Source: Selaginella moellendorffii
Taxonomy: Eukaryota > Plantae > Lycopodiophyta
Assembly: GCF_000143415.4 (NCBI RefSeq)
Contig: NW_003314269.1
Location: 2,425,544-2,489,543, forward strand
Length of the DNA: 64,000 bases
Reading direction: 5' to 3'
Positions 62,787 to 64,000 of the stretch are shown one piece after another. The stretch's first letter is position 1. Each line of letters opens with the position of its first letter. The position numbers and the translations under genes are program-made. The notes below the pieces were generated by a model. That model had not been told where the DNA came from and made no database searches. It was given only the letters and a program-made list of their open reading frames with translations.

Positions 62787-63867
62787 TTTAGATTAATCTT
62801 CTGTTTATAGATTATATTATATAATTTATAAACTTTTCTAAAAATCAGCTGCAATAGCCTCCAATCTTTAAAAAAAATCTTTGTATAAGGAAATTTCAAA
62901 ATTACAAATGTGTTGTTAAATTATATGTTTCTTCCTAGTTCTTTGACTTATATCTCTATAGCTCCCACAAGAATCACTGTGGAACACTAATGAATTCTCT
63001 TTTCTTCCTGTGCACACACCTCATCACTCCTCTAATCAATGAGAAAGCATGTATGCTCTCTGGGTGTTTCTATCTCTCACTTGCATGTGTTTTGGCTGGT
63101 GGAGATGCTTGTAAAATGTTTGTTTACAAGCTTCCTGTCCCGCAGATCAAGTATTCCTCAGCTTGCAAAGTCAGAATTGTGGATCCAAGAGAATGTAGCC
63201 GTCATATCCAAATCATGGACACTTTTCCAGAATCACCAATTGAACTTAGGTTGGTTTTTTCTCACTTTTTGAAACTGCTGGATAATTAATAATAAATATT
63301 ATAATAAATAAGCAAACCATTATTTTATCAGGGACAATTTTAGAAAAATATGACCAGATATCCTAAATGTTTTTCAAACTAAAAAGAAGTCTTGCTGTGT
63401 TGGCTGGAGTTTCATTCATTGTCGATCTAACTCTTTCCTCTGTTTCGCACTGGTTAGAACAACGCTGGGTCCAGGAGGTGCGTGTGCCCATCTCATTGGT
63501 CCAGGCAGCCAAAAGCCAGTCAAACAATTCAACTCGTATTGACCGGCCACACACAAAAAAAGTGATGCCGGCATGACACACTCAACCTCTGTTACACGGC
63601 GTTTGGTGGTGCAGCGAATCCAAGATGACGAGCCAAGTGTAAAGACGTGAGCCAAGCTACCCGTCGCCATGGGAACTTCTCGCTCGCGTACCGGACATTT
63701 GGAAAGTTGTGTGCTTCTCTCGACACTTGGCCTGTGATCTGGGAAGATCATCCCTTTGTTTTTTTAAGACGCTTTGCGATCCTCTGTGTGGGCGGTGCCA
63801 GCCAGCCAGCCAAGTTCTAGCTCGTCCCCAACACTCCACTTGTATCGTCACCAGATCGTCCCGGGGG

Positions 63868-63917
63868 GCACTGTTGGCGAGATCCTCTTCGTGCGCACTG
63901 TTGGCGAGCTCATCTTC
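63868..63917. repeat. 27-bp period tandem duplication
   Basis: gcactgttggcgag occurs at 63868 and 63895 (minus strand EDELANSAH/EEDLANSAP). Confidence 0.7.
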
Positions 63918-64000
63918 TATAAAAGAATGTGTGAGCGGTCCTTGATGCCAAATGTTATCGCCGTGGTGGGGGGTGATATGGACGCGGGCCACCTTCGCAG

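Noticed and set aside
63363-64000. Possible gene at the window end
   Set aside because: Short ORFs with no recognisable motif, and the region is truncated.

Overview
This is eukaryotic land-plant nuclear DNA. It is very gene-dense, with ~50-110 nt introns and intergenic gaps often under 150 nt. That style, plus the PPR content, suggests the lycophyte Selaginella (inference). Positions 1-47 kb hold these genes in order: SOS1-like antiporter A (5' part), P-type PPR, a chimeric pseudogene zone (3.2-9.4 kb), YlmH/S4, DREB2, an Rpp21/SNM1-like zinc-ribbon protein with a long acidic extension, eIF2B-delta, LTV1, proton-pump interactor, LHW-like bHLH, SOS1-like antiporter B, an ARM-repeat protein, ABCB, histone H2B, PAB and TOPLESS. 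After that come a tRNA-Pro(UGG) and an AT-rich, CpG-depleted zone with a complete Ty1/copia element, a spliced pseudogene and a 100-N gap. The most notable observations are five. (1) A shattered OTT_1508-like zinc deaminase relic (HAE...YIGVSK...C) lies between PPR loci and is interrupted by an SR-protein fragment. (2) The copia element has non-canonical TG...CT 152-bp LTRs whose differences all fall in CG/CHG contexts. (3) The Rpp21-like protein is a long fusion and sits only 71 nt head-to-head with eIF2B-delta. (4) A splice-independent overlapping uORF covers the start of the LHW-like gene. (5) DREB2 has a stop-free in-frame intron and an ABRE/HSE promoter. Family calls come from motif recognition only, and exon boundaries were read by eye.
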